A stretch of DNA of 64,000 nt from positions 1 through 64,000 of the forward strand of contig JAFGDV010000002.1 of NCBI GenBank assembly GCA_016931955.1, read 5' to 3'. Positions 28,254 through 37,376 of this stretch are shown here, one piece after another. This DNA is from Candidatus Altiarchaeota archaeon (GTDB lineage Archaea; Altiarchaeota; Altiarchaeia; IMC4; QMZM01). The notes beneath the pieces are model-generated. The model was not told where the DNA came from. It worked only from the letters and a program-made list of their open reading frames with translations, and ran no database searches. Position 1 is the first letter of the stretch; the number at the start of each line of letters is the position of its first letter. A program made the translations under genes and the position numbers.

Positions 28254-30395
28254 GTGAGCGTGTTGAAGGTCTTCATATGCACCTGTAGAGGGGGAATAAC
28301 CCTGCCCAAGGATCTGGATTTCGGGGAAGACGTTAAAGTTAGGGTTATTGAGGATATATTCTTTGATAAAGCCCAGGAGGAGATAGAATCCTTCGTCGGA
28401 AAAGAGAAGATAGTCATCGCAGGCCCCAGTCCAAGGATCATGGAAGGCTTCTTCAGCGACCCGAACATAGCCTTCGTGAACATCTGGGAGCAGGCCTCTA
28501 TGGTAGGCCACGGACCCGAAAAGATAAGAGACCTCATACATGGAGCTGTTGAGGGGCTCAGGAACACTGCGCCGGTGGAGAAGAAGGTCTTCGAGATAAA
28601 GAATAAAGATGCCTTAGTCATTGGCGGGGGCGTCGCCGGCCTTGAAGCTGCAAGACATATAGCGAACGCCGGATTCAAGGTGTACCTCATAGAGAAGAAG
28701 CCATTCCTTGGCGGAGTGGTCGCCGGCTTGGACAGGCTCTACCCAGAGGGGACGCCGAATTCCCATGTCCTCTACCCATTGATAAACGAGGTTGTTAGGA
28801 ACAAGGGCGTAGACATTCTAACGAACACCGAAGTGGAGGAAGTTGATGGATCCCTTGGAGACTATCGAGTAAAAATAAAGACGCACGGTAGAATCCCTAA
28901 GGGCTTGATGCTCAAAAAATGCGAGGAGGTCTGCCCGGTAACGGTTAACGACCACGGCATCAAGAGGAAGGCAATCTATTACATGCCGACCTACCCATAC
29001 AGTCATGGGATAGACTTCGATTCCTGCACACGTTGCGGAGAATGCGTTAAAGTCTGCGAGGACATAAGCCTGGAAGAAGAGGAAAAAGAGATAGAGGTTG
29101 GCGCAATTGTTGTGGCAACTGGTTTGAAGGAATACGACGCCTCAAAGATCATAGAATACGGTTACGGCAGATATCCTAACGTATTGACTCAGTGGGAGTT
29201 CGAGAGGAGGTTTTCTAATGGATTGATTAAGCCGAAGAGCGTCTCCATAATACACTGCGCCGGCTCAAGGGATAAAAACCACCTGCCCTACTGCTCTCGC
29301 GTATGCTGCATACTCGGCTTAAAGGAGGCGAAGCTGGTAAAGGATACAAGCCCCGATACTGAAGTCTATATAAACTACATCGACATGAGAAGCTACGGAC
29401 CCTTTGAGGAATTCTATAACACCATCAGAGAAATCTATGGAGTAAAATTCATCCAAGGTAGGCCTTCTGAGATCCTGCAGGACGGCGAAGAACTGGTCGT
29501 GAGGGCGGAAGACATCCTGCTGGGGAAGCAGATGGATAACCGGGTGGAATACGTTGTCCTGATGACGGGCTTTGTTCCAGATGATGAACTATTCCATAAG
29601 CTCGGGTTACCGGCGGATGGATGCTTTCCTACCGAGTATGTGAACTCCCAGCATTCAGTCGATGCAAATCCTAGAGGGATCTTCATCGCCGGAGCTGCTG
29701 CGTTCCCGAAAGGGGTGGCTGAGTCGATGATTGATGCAGGGGATGCGGCTCAGGGCGTGATAGACGTCCTGGACAGATACGCTGTAGAAAAGAAGACACC
29801 AACAGCAAGGATAAACAGCAGCATCTGTGGGGAGATAGACTGCAGGATCTGCCTCACGGCGTGCCCCTATGGAGCAGTATACCTTAAAGACGAGGAAGTT
29901 ACAGTCAATGAGGAGCTCTGCATGGGCTGCGGCATATGCACCGCAACCTGTGCCGCCGGAGCGAACCAATTGGATGGTTGCACGAACAACGGCATGCTGG
30001 CTCAGATAGCCGCAACAACCAAGGAGGGCGACGTGGTAGCGTTCCTCTGCAAGTGGAGTTCATATTCTGCTGCAGACAAGGCAGGCTACGAGCTTTTGAG
30101 ATATCCAGAAAACGTGAAGATTATAAGGATCCCATGCACTGGCAGAGTGGATGCCCAGATGATCCTGAAAGCGTTCAGCTCTGGCGCGAAAGGCGTATTG
30201 ATCGCCGGCTGTCCCCCTGATGGATGCCACTATTTTACGGGAAACCTTAAGGCGAGGAAGAGGGTTATCGCCTTGAAGAAATTGATTGAACAATTCGGCA
30301 TCAACCCGGAAGCGTTGGCTATTGAGTGGATAGGAAAGGATGAGTCAAAGAAGTTCGTGGAAATCGTCAACCGGCTTAACGGAGGAGGTAGGTGA
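28254..30395 (+). CDS. hdrA: Heterodisulfide reductase subunit A fused to C-terminal MvhD
   Basis: VIGGGVAG FAD motif, HCAGSRD, YCSRVCC, YIDMR, ferredoxin motifs, then an MvhD domain (FLCKWSSY, PCTGRVD, GCPPDGCHY). Confidence 0.9.
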   Translation: MSVLKVFICTCRGGITLPKDLDFGEDVKVRVIEDIFFDKAQEEIESFVGKEKIVIAGPSPRIMEGFFSDPNIAFVNIWEQASMVGHGPEKIRDLIHGAVEGLRNTAPVEKKVFEIKNKDALVIGGGVAGLEAARHIANAGFKVYLIEKKPFLGGVVAGLDRLYPEGTPNSHVLYPLINEVVRNKGVDILTNTEVEEVDGSLGDYRVKIKTHGRIPKGLMLKKCEEVCPVTVNDHGIKRKAIYYMPTYPYSHGIDFDSCTRCGECVKVCEDISLEEEEKEIEVGAIVVATGLKEYDASKIIEYGYGRYPNVLTQWEFERRFSNGLIKPKSVSIIHCAGSRDKNHLPYCSRVCCILGLKEAKLVKDTSPDTEVYINYIDMRSYGPFEEFYNTIREIYGVKFIQGRPSEILQDGEELVVRAEDILLGKQMDNRVEYVVLMTGFVPDDELFHKLGLPADGCFPTEYVNSQHSVDANPRGIFIAGAAAFPKGVAESMIDAGDAAQGVIDVLDRYAVEKKTPTARINSSICGEIDCRICLTACPYGAVYLKDEEVTVNEELCMGCGICTATCAAGANQLDGCTNNGMLAQIAATTKEGDVVAFLCKWSSYSAADKAGYELLRYPENVKIIRIPCTGRVDAQMILKAFSSGAKGVLIAGCPPDGCHYFTGNLKARKRVIALKKLIEQFGINPEALAIEWIGKDESKKFVEIVNRLNGGGR

Positions 30396-30396
30396 G

Positions 30397-31386
30397 ATGC
30401 CCGAAAAGAAACTGAGGCTCGCAATATGCCGGGGGGCGACATGCTCTGGTTGTGACATCGCAGTCCTCGACATCCATGAAAGGCTACTCAGCGTTCTTGA
30501 AAAGGCCGACATAGTATTTGCTCCAACGATAATGGATGCAAAATACGAGGACCTTGAAGCCATGGAAGACAACAGCATCGATGTTGGATTATACCACGGC
30601 TCCGTCAGGTTATCGGAGAACGAGCACATGGCGGAACTCATGAGGAAAAAATGTCGGCTCCTTATAGCATTCGGCGCATGCGCTTGCTTCGGGGGGATCT
30701 TCGGGTTAGCCAACGTCTCAGATAGAGAGGAAATCTTTAGAGAAGTCTACAAAAAGACTGCTTCGACGGAGAACCCGGATTTTGTAACACCAGAGGAGGT
30801 CTACAGAGACAAAAAAGGTCATGAGCTCACCCTCCCAAGGTTCTATGACGACGTTTATGCGTTAGACGATAAGGTCGACGTAGACTATTACGTACCACTG
30901 TGTCCGCCTGTTGCGGACCAGATCATGACGGCATTGAACGCCATAATCTCAGGCGACCTTCCGCCCAAGGGGGCAGTTATCGCCTTAGAGAAGACACTCT
31001 GCAGTGAATGCCCAAGAAAGAAGTCAGAGAGGCGGAAAATCGATAAAATCCATCGACCCCATGAGGTAGAACTCGACCCAGATACCTGCTTCCTCGACCA
31101 AGGGCTCATATGCATGGGTCCGGCGACCAGGGCAGGATGCGGCGGCATCTGTCTGACAGCTAATGTCCCATGCAGGGGATGTAATGGCCCCACAAAGGAG
31201 GCCTTCGACCAGGGGGGCAACATGCTGGGTCTGATTTCAACCATCTTCGGCATATGCGAGGAAGACCTGACTGAGGCGGATGTGGAGAAAATCTTTAAGC
31301 AGATAAAGGATCCACTAGGTACTTTTTACAGATTCACCCTACCGAAGTCGATGCTCCGCAGGGTAAGGAAGGGAGATTCAAGATGA
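30397..31386 (+). CDS. mvhG: F420-non-reducing [NiFe] hydrogenase small subunit
   Basis: CSGC, GACACFGG, CPP, CSECP, CFLDQG.ICMGPATRAGC, PCRGC motifs; ATG at 30397. Confidence 0.92.
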   Translation: MPEKKLRLAICRGATCSGCDIAVLDIHERLLSVLEKADIVFAPTIMDAKYEDLEAMEDNSIDVGLYHGSVRLSENEHMAELMRKKCRLLIAFGACACFGGIFGLANVSDREEIFREVYKKTASTENPDFVTPEEVYRDKKGHELTLPRFYDDVYALDDKVDVDYYVPLCPPVADQIMTALNAIISGDLPPKGAVIALEKTLCSECPRKKSERRKIDKIHRPHEVELDPDTCFLDQGLICMGPATRAGCGGICLTANVPCRGCNGPTKEAFDQGGNMLGLISTIFGICEEDLTEADVEKIFKQIKDPLGTFYRFTLPKSMLRRVRKGDSR

Positions 31387-32864
31387 GCAAGAAAGAGATA
31401 GTGATTGCGCCTGTTACACGGCTTGAGGGGCATGCTAAGATAGACATATTCCTCAACGACAAAGGCAATGTGGAGGATGCCTACTTCCAGGTCACAGAGC
31501 TGAGAGGCTTCGAGAGGTTCTGCCAGGGCAGGCCGATCGAGGAGCTCCCGAGGATAGTGCAGAGGATATGCGGCGTATGCCCCACACCTCATCATCTGGC
31601 TTCGGCTAAGGCAGCTGACAGCGTCTTCGGGGTCGAACCGCCTGAGACCGCAAAGAAGCTGCGGGAGCTTAGCTTGAACGCCCACATACTGCACAGCCAC
31701 ATAGCTCACTTTTATGCTTTAGCTGGTCCTGACTTCATCATGGGCCCTGACGCAAAACCAGAGGATAGGAACATTGTTGGGGTGATACGGAAGGTTGGCC
31801 TTGAGGTGGGTGGCAAGGTCATCAAGGCCAGGGCCCAGGCACAGAGGATTCAAGAGATCATCGGCGGACGGGGAACACACCCTGTGAACTCCCTCCCAGG
31901 CGGCATAGCCAAGGGCATAACACCCGAGCAGCGGGATGAGATTGAAGAGATGGCAGAAAACCTTGTGGACTTCGGCGGATTCACTCTAAAGGTATTTGAC
32001 GACTTCGTCTTGAAGAACAGGGACTACGTTGACCTGATTACAGGGGATGTTTACAGGCATGAGACCTACTATATGGGTACCGTCGACGACAGGAACAACC
32101 TAAGTTTTTATGAGGGCAGCATCAGGGTAGTCGACCAAAAGGGCAGGGAGGTGTTGAAGTTCCCCGCCAAGGACTACTTAAAGCATATCGCTGAGCACGT
32201 TGAACCATGGTCTTACCTCAAGTTCCCCTACCTGAAGAAATTCGGCTGGAAGGGTCTCATCGACGGTCCAGGTTCAGGCGTCTACCGGGTGGCTTCATTG
32301 GCCAGGTTAAATGTTGTGGAGGGAATATCTACCCCATTAGCCCAGGAAGCCTTCGGGGGGATGTTTGAAACGCTTGGTGAGAGGCCTTCCCACGCAACCC
32401 TGGCTATGAACTGGGCCCGCGTTGTTGAAATAATGCACGCTGCTGAGCGGGTGAGGGAGCTCATACAGAACCCTGAGATCACCAGCTCAGATGTCAGGAA
32501 TATTCCAACAGATGTCGTCGGCGAAGGTATCGGACATGTAGAGGCTCCAAGAGGCACATTGATACACCACTACTGGTCGGATGATGAGGGTATGACAACA
32601 AAGCTGAACATCATCGTTGCCACGGGAAACAACAATGCTGCAATATGTATGTCAGTGAAGAGGGCTGCTGAGAAGTTGATCCACAACTTCAAGGTCGATC
32701 AGGGCATACTCAACAGGATAGAGATGGCTTTCCGAGCGTATGACCCATGCTTTGCCTGCGCAACCCATTCATTGCCAGGGAAGATGCCCCTCGAGGTAAG
32801 GATCTTCAATCCGGACAAGACCCTCCACAAGAAGATTACGCGTGATGAGGAGGGAGAAAGATGA
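31383..32864 (+). CDS. mvhA: F420-non-reducing [NiFe] hydrogenase large subunit (group 3c-like)
   Basis: TRLEGH, RICGVC (L1), EAPRGTL.HHY, RAYDPCFACATH (L2) and a cleavable C-terminal extension. Confidence 0.95.
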   Translation: MSKKEIVIAPVTRLEGHAKIDIFLNDKGNVEDAYFQVTELRGFERFCQGRPIEELPRIVQRICGVCPTPHHLASAKAADSVFGVEPPETAKKLRELSLNAHILHSHIAHFYALAGPDFIMGPDAKPEDRNIVGVIRKVGLEVGGKVIKARAQAQRIQEIIGGRGTHPVNSLPGGIAKGITPEQRDEIEEMAENLVDFGGFTLKVFDDFVLKNRDYVDLITGDVYRHETYYMGTVDDRNNLSFYEGSIRVVDQKGREVLKFPAKDYLKHIAEHVEPWSYLKFPYLKKFGWKGLIDGPGSGVYRVASLARLNVVEGISTPLAQEAFGGMFETLGERPSHATLAMNWARVVEIMHAAERVRELIQNPEITSSDVRNIPTDVVGEGIGHVEAPRGTLIHHYWSDDEGMTTKLNIIVATGNNNAAICMSVKRAAEKLIHNFKVDQGILNRIEMAFRAYDPCFACATHSLPGKMPLEVRIFNPDKTLHKKITRDEEGER

Positions 32865-33304
32865 ACCTGCAAGAGGAGATCCTCTCGAATATAGATGGCA
32901 GGACACTGAATTACTGCTTCAGCTGTGGGATGTGCACTGGAGGCTGCCCTTCAGCAAGGGTGACGGACAGCATATACAACCCAAGGAAGATACTTCATAG
33001 AGCGGCCCTGGAAGGCAGGCTTGAAGAGGACATCTGGTTGTGCACCAACTGCTACACCTGCCAGGAGCGCTGCCCTACGAAGACCAAGGTCGCTGACCTT
33101 ATCAGCCTGATGCGTAGGATCTATGTCAAAGAAAAGGGCATACCTGGATTCATTAAACCGTTGATTGAGAACCTCGGGGCATGCGGTTTCACTGCTAGGA
33201 TAGGTGACCTCGAGAACAAGAGGCGTGAGAGGATGGGGCTCCCATCAGTCAAACAAAATCAAGAAGTCCGGAGGATTATAGAGAAGACTGGGGGCGGATT
33301 ATGA
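32861..33304 (+). CDS. hdrC: Heterodisulfide reductase subunit C
   Basis: CFSCGMCTGGCP and WLCTNCYTCQERCP motifs. Confidence 0.9.
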   Translation: MNLQEEILSNIDGRTLNYCFSCGMCTGGCPSARVTDSIYNPRKILHRAALEGRLEEDIWLCTNCYTCQERCPTKTKVADLISLMRRIYVKEKGIPGFIKPLIENLGACGFTARIGDLENKRRERMGLPSVKQNQEVRRIIEKTGGGL

Positions 33305-34182
33305 GAGAGTATGCCTACTTCATCGGATGCACGATTCCCTTCAGGGAGTCGAACTATGATCTCTCGACCAGGAAGGTCATGGAGAAACTGGACATAGGGT
33401 TGTTAGATATGCCCGACGCAGGCTGCTGCGGCCTCTACTATGAGCTGGTGAATGAGATGACTCACCTGGCCTTGGCTGCTAGGGTTATATCGATGGCTGA
33501 GGAACTCAAGCGTGACCTCCTAGTCCTCTGCAGCGGATGTAATGGCTCCCTCTACAGGGTGAACAAGAAACTGAAGGAGAATCCAGAACTCAAGGATAGG
33601 GTTAACGAGGTCTTATCTGAAGTGGACCGCGAGTTCAAGGGCACTGTGGAGGTGAAACACGTCATAAGGGTTCTGTGGGAGGACGTCGGCATCAAGGAGA
33701 TAAAAAAGCATGTCAGCAATCCAATAAACATCAAGGCTGCTGCACACTACGGCTGCCACTTCCTGAGACCCTCAGACGAGATGGATTTCGATGATCCGAG
33801 AGAGCCCATAAGCCTCGACAGGTTGATCGAGGTCACAGGTGCGGAGTCCATAGACTACTTCGAGAAATCACTTTGCTGCGGCGGCTATGTGCTCGCAGCA
33901 GACCAGAAAGCGGCTTACATGATGACTGGAACAAAGCTCAGGAACGTGAAAAAAGCTGGGGCTGATATCATAGTGACTGCATGTCCCTTCTGTCACGTGA
34001 TGTATGACGCGAATCAGAAGGCTGTTGAGGCTGAATTAGAGGAGAGTTTTGGCATCCCAGTACTGCATTACCCTCAGCTTCTGGGGCTTGCGATGGGTTT
34101 CGACCTGAAGGAGATGGGTTTGGAGCAGAACCGCGTCAGATTTAATCCTCAGATGTTCAATAATAAAAAGGAAGATGAGTGA
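33301..34182 (+). CDS. hdrB: Heterodisulfide reductase subunit B
   Basis: Two CCG domains: YFIGC, GCCG, CSGC, HYGCH, CCGG, TACPFC. Confidence 0.92.
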   Translation: MREYAYFIGCTIPFRESNYDLSTRKVMEKLDIGLLDMPDAGCCGLYYELVNEMTHLALAARVISMAEELKRDLLVLCSGCNGSLYRVNKKLKENPELKDRVNEVLSEVDREFKGTVEVKHVIRVLWEDVGIKEIKKHVSNPINIKAAAHYGCHFLRPSDEMDFDDPREPISLDRLIEVTGAESIDYFEKSLCCGGYVLAADQKAAYMMTGTKLRNVKKAGADIIVTACPFCHVMYDANQKAVEAELEESFGIPVLHYPQLLGLAMGFDLKEMGLEQNRVRFNPQMFNNKKEDE

Positions 34183-35524
34183 CCTCGTAATCATAGGCGG
34201 TGGTGGCGCAGGCATGACTGCAGCTTTGACCGCAAGGAAGATAAACCCCAGGGTTGATGTTACCATAATAACTAAAGAGTCTCTCTCTTATTCTTCCTGT
34301 GCGCTGCCTTTCGTGATAAGCGGCGAGATTCCTTCCATGGACGACATCACAAGCAGCATGGAGGCGATATGCCAGAAGAGCGGCATAAAACTAGTTCTGG
34401 ATTCTGCGACCTCCATTGACACAAAAAAGAAGGTCGTCTCCACAGAAAGGAGTGGGCTGATATCGTATGATTCCTTAATAATCGCGACCGGCGGGCGAAC
34501 TATGGTACCCCCCATCAAGGGCGCTGATTTAAGGAACATATTGACCCTTTACACGGTAGATGACGCAGAAAAGATCATGGCTCAAGCGAATAAGTCAAAA
34601 AAGGCGGTTGTCATCGGTGGGGGGGCTATTGGCATAGAAGCAGCAGCCGCCTTGGTCGGGTTGGGGCTTAAGGTCACCTTGGTGGAGGGCTTCCCCCACG
34701 TCCTTTTCAGGTTCTTCGATGACGAGTACCTTGCGATCATCGAAGATGAACTGAAGGCAAAGGGGATCGAAATCATCCTGAGCCACTTTGTCGAAGAGGT
34801 CATGGGAAAGGAAAAAGTCGACGCAGTAAAGGTTGCAGGTAAAGAGATACCCTCTGATCTTATTATCATGGCCACTGGCGTCAGACCGAACAGCGAAATA
34901 GCGGAGAAGGCTGGCATCAAGACCATGAAGTATGGTATATTGACTGACTGGCTGATGCAGACTAACATTAAAGATGTCTATGCTGCCGGAGACTGCGCCT
35001 ATTCCAGGTCTATGATCACTGGGGAACTGATGTTGAGTCAGCTTGGGACTACTGCGATAAGGCATGGGACCGTCGCCGGAATGAACGCCGTGGGTGAATC
35101 TGTCGCCTTCGAGGGCGCCCTGGGTTCGATGGCCCTCAAGATATTTGACCTGAAGGTTGGCAGGACAGGGCTTACCGAGAGGGAGGCGAAGGAGGCTGGA
35201 ATCGACGTCATTTCTGGAAGAGCTAAGGCGACGACTAAGGCGAAATACTACCCCGGCCATAAGGAAGTCGACGTCAAGCTGATCTTCGATGCTGCATCGA
35301 AGGAGTTGATCGGCGGACAGATCATTGGTGGGGGTGCGGTCGCCAAAAAAATCGACCTCATAGCGTTGGGGATAAGCAAGCATGCGACAGTAGAGGATCT
35401 GATTGGACTGGGTTACAGCTACACGCCTCCTCTGGCTCCAAGCCATAACGTCATCGTCCTCGCAGCCGAAAACGCCTACCGCAAGATGAAACGCGCTGAA
35501 GAAGCAAGGCGTAGACGATTCTGA
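34175..35524 (+). CDS. FAD-dependent NADH oxidase / CoA-disulfide reductase family flavoprotein
   Basis: IIGGGGAG, SYSSCALP redox Cys, IIATGG, IGGGAIGIE, YAAGDC, YTPP dimerisation motif; overlaps hdrB by 8 nt. Confidence 0.88.
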   Translation: MSDLVIIGGGGAGMTAALTARKINPRVDVTIITKESLSYSSCALPFVISGEIPSMDDITSSMEAICQKSGIKLVLDSATSIDTKKKVVSTERSGLISYDSLIIATGGRTMVPPIKGADLRNILTLYTVDDAEKIMAQANKSKKAVVIGGGAIGIEAAAALVGLGLKVTLVEGFPHVLFRFFDDEYLAIIEDELKAKGIEIILSHFVEEVMGKEKVDAVKVAGKEIPSDLIIMATGVRPNSEIAEKAGIKTMKYGILTDWLMQTNIKDVYAAGDCAYSRSMITGELMLSQLGTTAIRHGTVAGMNAVGESVAFEGALGSMALKIFDLKVGRTGLTEREAKEAGIDVISGRAKATTKAKYYPGHKEVDVKLIFDAASKELIGGQIIGGGAVAKKIDLIALGISKHATVEDLIGLGYSYTPPLAPSHNVIVLAAENAYRKMKRAEEARRRRF

Positions 35525-35648
35525 CCTGTAGTGCCTAACTTTTTTCTTTGTCCTTTCTACCTCGACATACTCAGATGTTGTTATATCAAGATGTTAAGAT
35601 GGTTGGATGTTGACACATAGGCCTTAAGGGTTGATGTTCTTGTATTTT

Positions 35649-36028
35649 ATGATGGAACAGATAGAAGACCATACAGTTGAAGGCTTGTTTCGAAACAGGC
35701 CGCAGGCATACGAACTGTTTTGGCCGTGCGAACTTATATTGAGTCCCTTGGGTCGGTAGAGATAGAGGCTGCGAAGACTCAAGTGTCATTCAAAAGAAAA
35801 AATAGATTTGCATGGGTGTGGCTGCCGCAGACATGGACTAAAAAAAGACCCCCGGAAAGCGTGACACTAACCTTCAGCCTCCCCAGGCAGATCAAAGATG
35901 AACGGATCGCGGAAGCCGTCGAGCCGCGACCAAGACGCTGGACCCACCAAATCGTCTTAGAGAAAAAATCCGACTTAGACGAAAAAGTGAAAAGTTGGCT
36001 GCAGGAAGCATACGAACAAGAAAGGTAG
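35649..36028 (+). pseudogene. DUF5655-like protein split by a 1-nt frameshift
   Basis: ATG 35649 frame reads MMEQIEDHTVEGLFRNRPQAYELF. It continues in the -1 frame at the T4 run 35718-35721 (AVRTYIESLG...KTQVSF...RWTH). Confidence 0.6.
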
Positions 36029-37312
36029 CTACTTCTCTTTGACCCCCGTCAGGGTCGTGCTGCCCTCCGGGATCACGAGGACTTTGGCGTCTTTTCCAAT
36101 CAGGTTGATGGCTTTCTCCAACGCCTCTTGAGGTGTCTCAGCGTATTTGAACAAGAAGACGCCCTCAACTTCTGCCTTGGGCATCTCCGACACCAGGAAG
36201 AGGGTGGCTTTCTCTCTTGCAAGATGATTATAGTATGCTTTGTGTCCGCCGATGTTGAATTCCTTTTCCAGTTCCGTCTTCATCTCATCCCCGCTCCCGT
36301 ATTTGCGCATCCACGCAGCATAGTTCCGATGACCTACGCCGTTGCCTGCGCCCTCAGGGCATTCCGCGACCAGTATCACGACGCCCTTATCCCTGACGAC
36401 GCCGAGAGAGAGATGCAAAGCCTTGTATGCCTGATATAGGTCTATGTCATGTGGTGCGCCGTTTGCTGCGGTAACGACGATATCTGCTTTTTTGGGAGTT
36501 TCTGCCTTATAGATTTTCTCCACCAATGCAGCGCCTCTTCTGAGGACTGAATCGAAGTCTCCTGCAAATGCGCCGACTATGCCTTTTTCGTCTTGGACCA
36601 CGTTTATGGTGAAATCAATGCCTGCAAGCCTTGCGGCTTCAGTCATGTTCTCATACATGGGGTTTCCATCGAGTCTCCCTGGTCTCGAATTGTGGTGGAA
36701 GAAATTCCGTTTATAGTTGTCTTGGATGGTTGAGTAGCTGCTTATACCGGGTAGGATGCTCTTCCTCCCGCCGCCGTAGCCCGCGAAGTAATGTATTTCG
36801 ACGTCCCCTGTGAGGATTCTGACATCTGCTTCAAGGAATGGCTTCTTCACCTCCACCCTCGTGCCTCTGGAGGTAGTACCAACGTAGACGAAATCCGACC
36901 CATTACAGTCGTTGCTGATGTACTCTATCCTTGAAGCGATTCCTTTTCCTAACAGGATTTCCGCCTCCTCTTTCTTTGTTGTTCTGTGTGAACCAGTAGC
37001 AAATATTATCAATATGTTGTCGTCCCCTATGCCCAAGTCGTAGAGTTCGTCAAGGAGTGGTGGGAGCATTTCTGCCGTGGGACACGGACGAGTGTGGTCG
37101 TCTACGACGATAGCCACCTTGTGTTTTTTTTCTTTTTTCGCGATTATTTCTGCAAGTTTTTCTGTGCCCACAGGGTTATCCAACGCATCCTCTATGATCT
37201 TCCGCGGAGACTTATCCACTCTGACGCCTTTCGGCTTCAATACACCCAAGAGATTCTCGTCTGGAACATCCAGAGGGAGCTTTTTACCCCCATAAGGCAG
37301 CTTTATCCTCAT
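36029..37312 (-). CDS. larA: LarA-family nickel-pincer-dependent racemase/epimerase homolog
   Basis: LPYG, NPVG, DDHTRP, ATGSHR, HYFAGYGGGRKS, DLYQAYK motifs; ATG at 37312. Confidence 0.88.
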   Translation of the reverse strand: MRIKLPYGGKKLPLDVPDENLLGVLKPKGVRVDKSPRKIIEDALDNPVGTEKLAEIIAKKEKKHKVAIVVDDHTRPCPTAEMLPPLLDELYDLGIGDDNILIIFATGSHRTTKKEEAEILLGKGIASRIEYISNDCNGSDFVYVGTTSRGTRVEVKKPFLEADVRILTGDVEIHYFAGYGGGRKSILPGISSYSTIQDNYKRNFFHHNSRPGRLDGNPMYENMTEAARLAGIDFTINVVQDEKGIVGAFAGDFDSVLRRGAALVEKIYKAETPKKADIVVTAANGAPHDIDLYQAYKALHLSLGVVRDKGVVILVAECPEGAGNGVGHRNYAAWMRKYGSGDEMKTELEKEFNIGGHKAYYNHLAREKATLFLVSEMPKAEVEGVFLFKYAETPQEALEKAINLIGKDAKVLVIPEGSTTLTGVKEK

Positions 37313-37376
37313 CCTCGACCCTCGACTTTTATGTTTGTCTACGGATATATAGTTACTTTGAATTAGATAGATTAAA

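Noticed and set aside
28254-32864. Selenocysteine recoding in HdrA, MvhD or MvhA
   Set aside because: All three frames are open with ordinary Cys codons at the relevant motifs; there is no in-frame TGA.
34595-35446. Long antisense or alternate-frame ORFs (also 1467-2165, 60706-61539, 62415-63230)
   Set aside because: They are shadows of well-supported genes with no recognisable motifs.
36911-36913. Loss of catalytic His108 in LarA (ISND segment)
   Set aside because: His108 corresponds to the ATGxH motif, which is intact (ATGSHR); the substituted residue is a different His.
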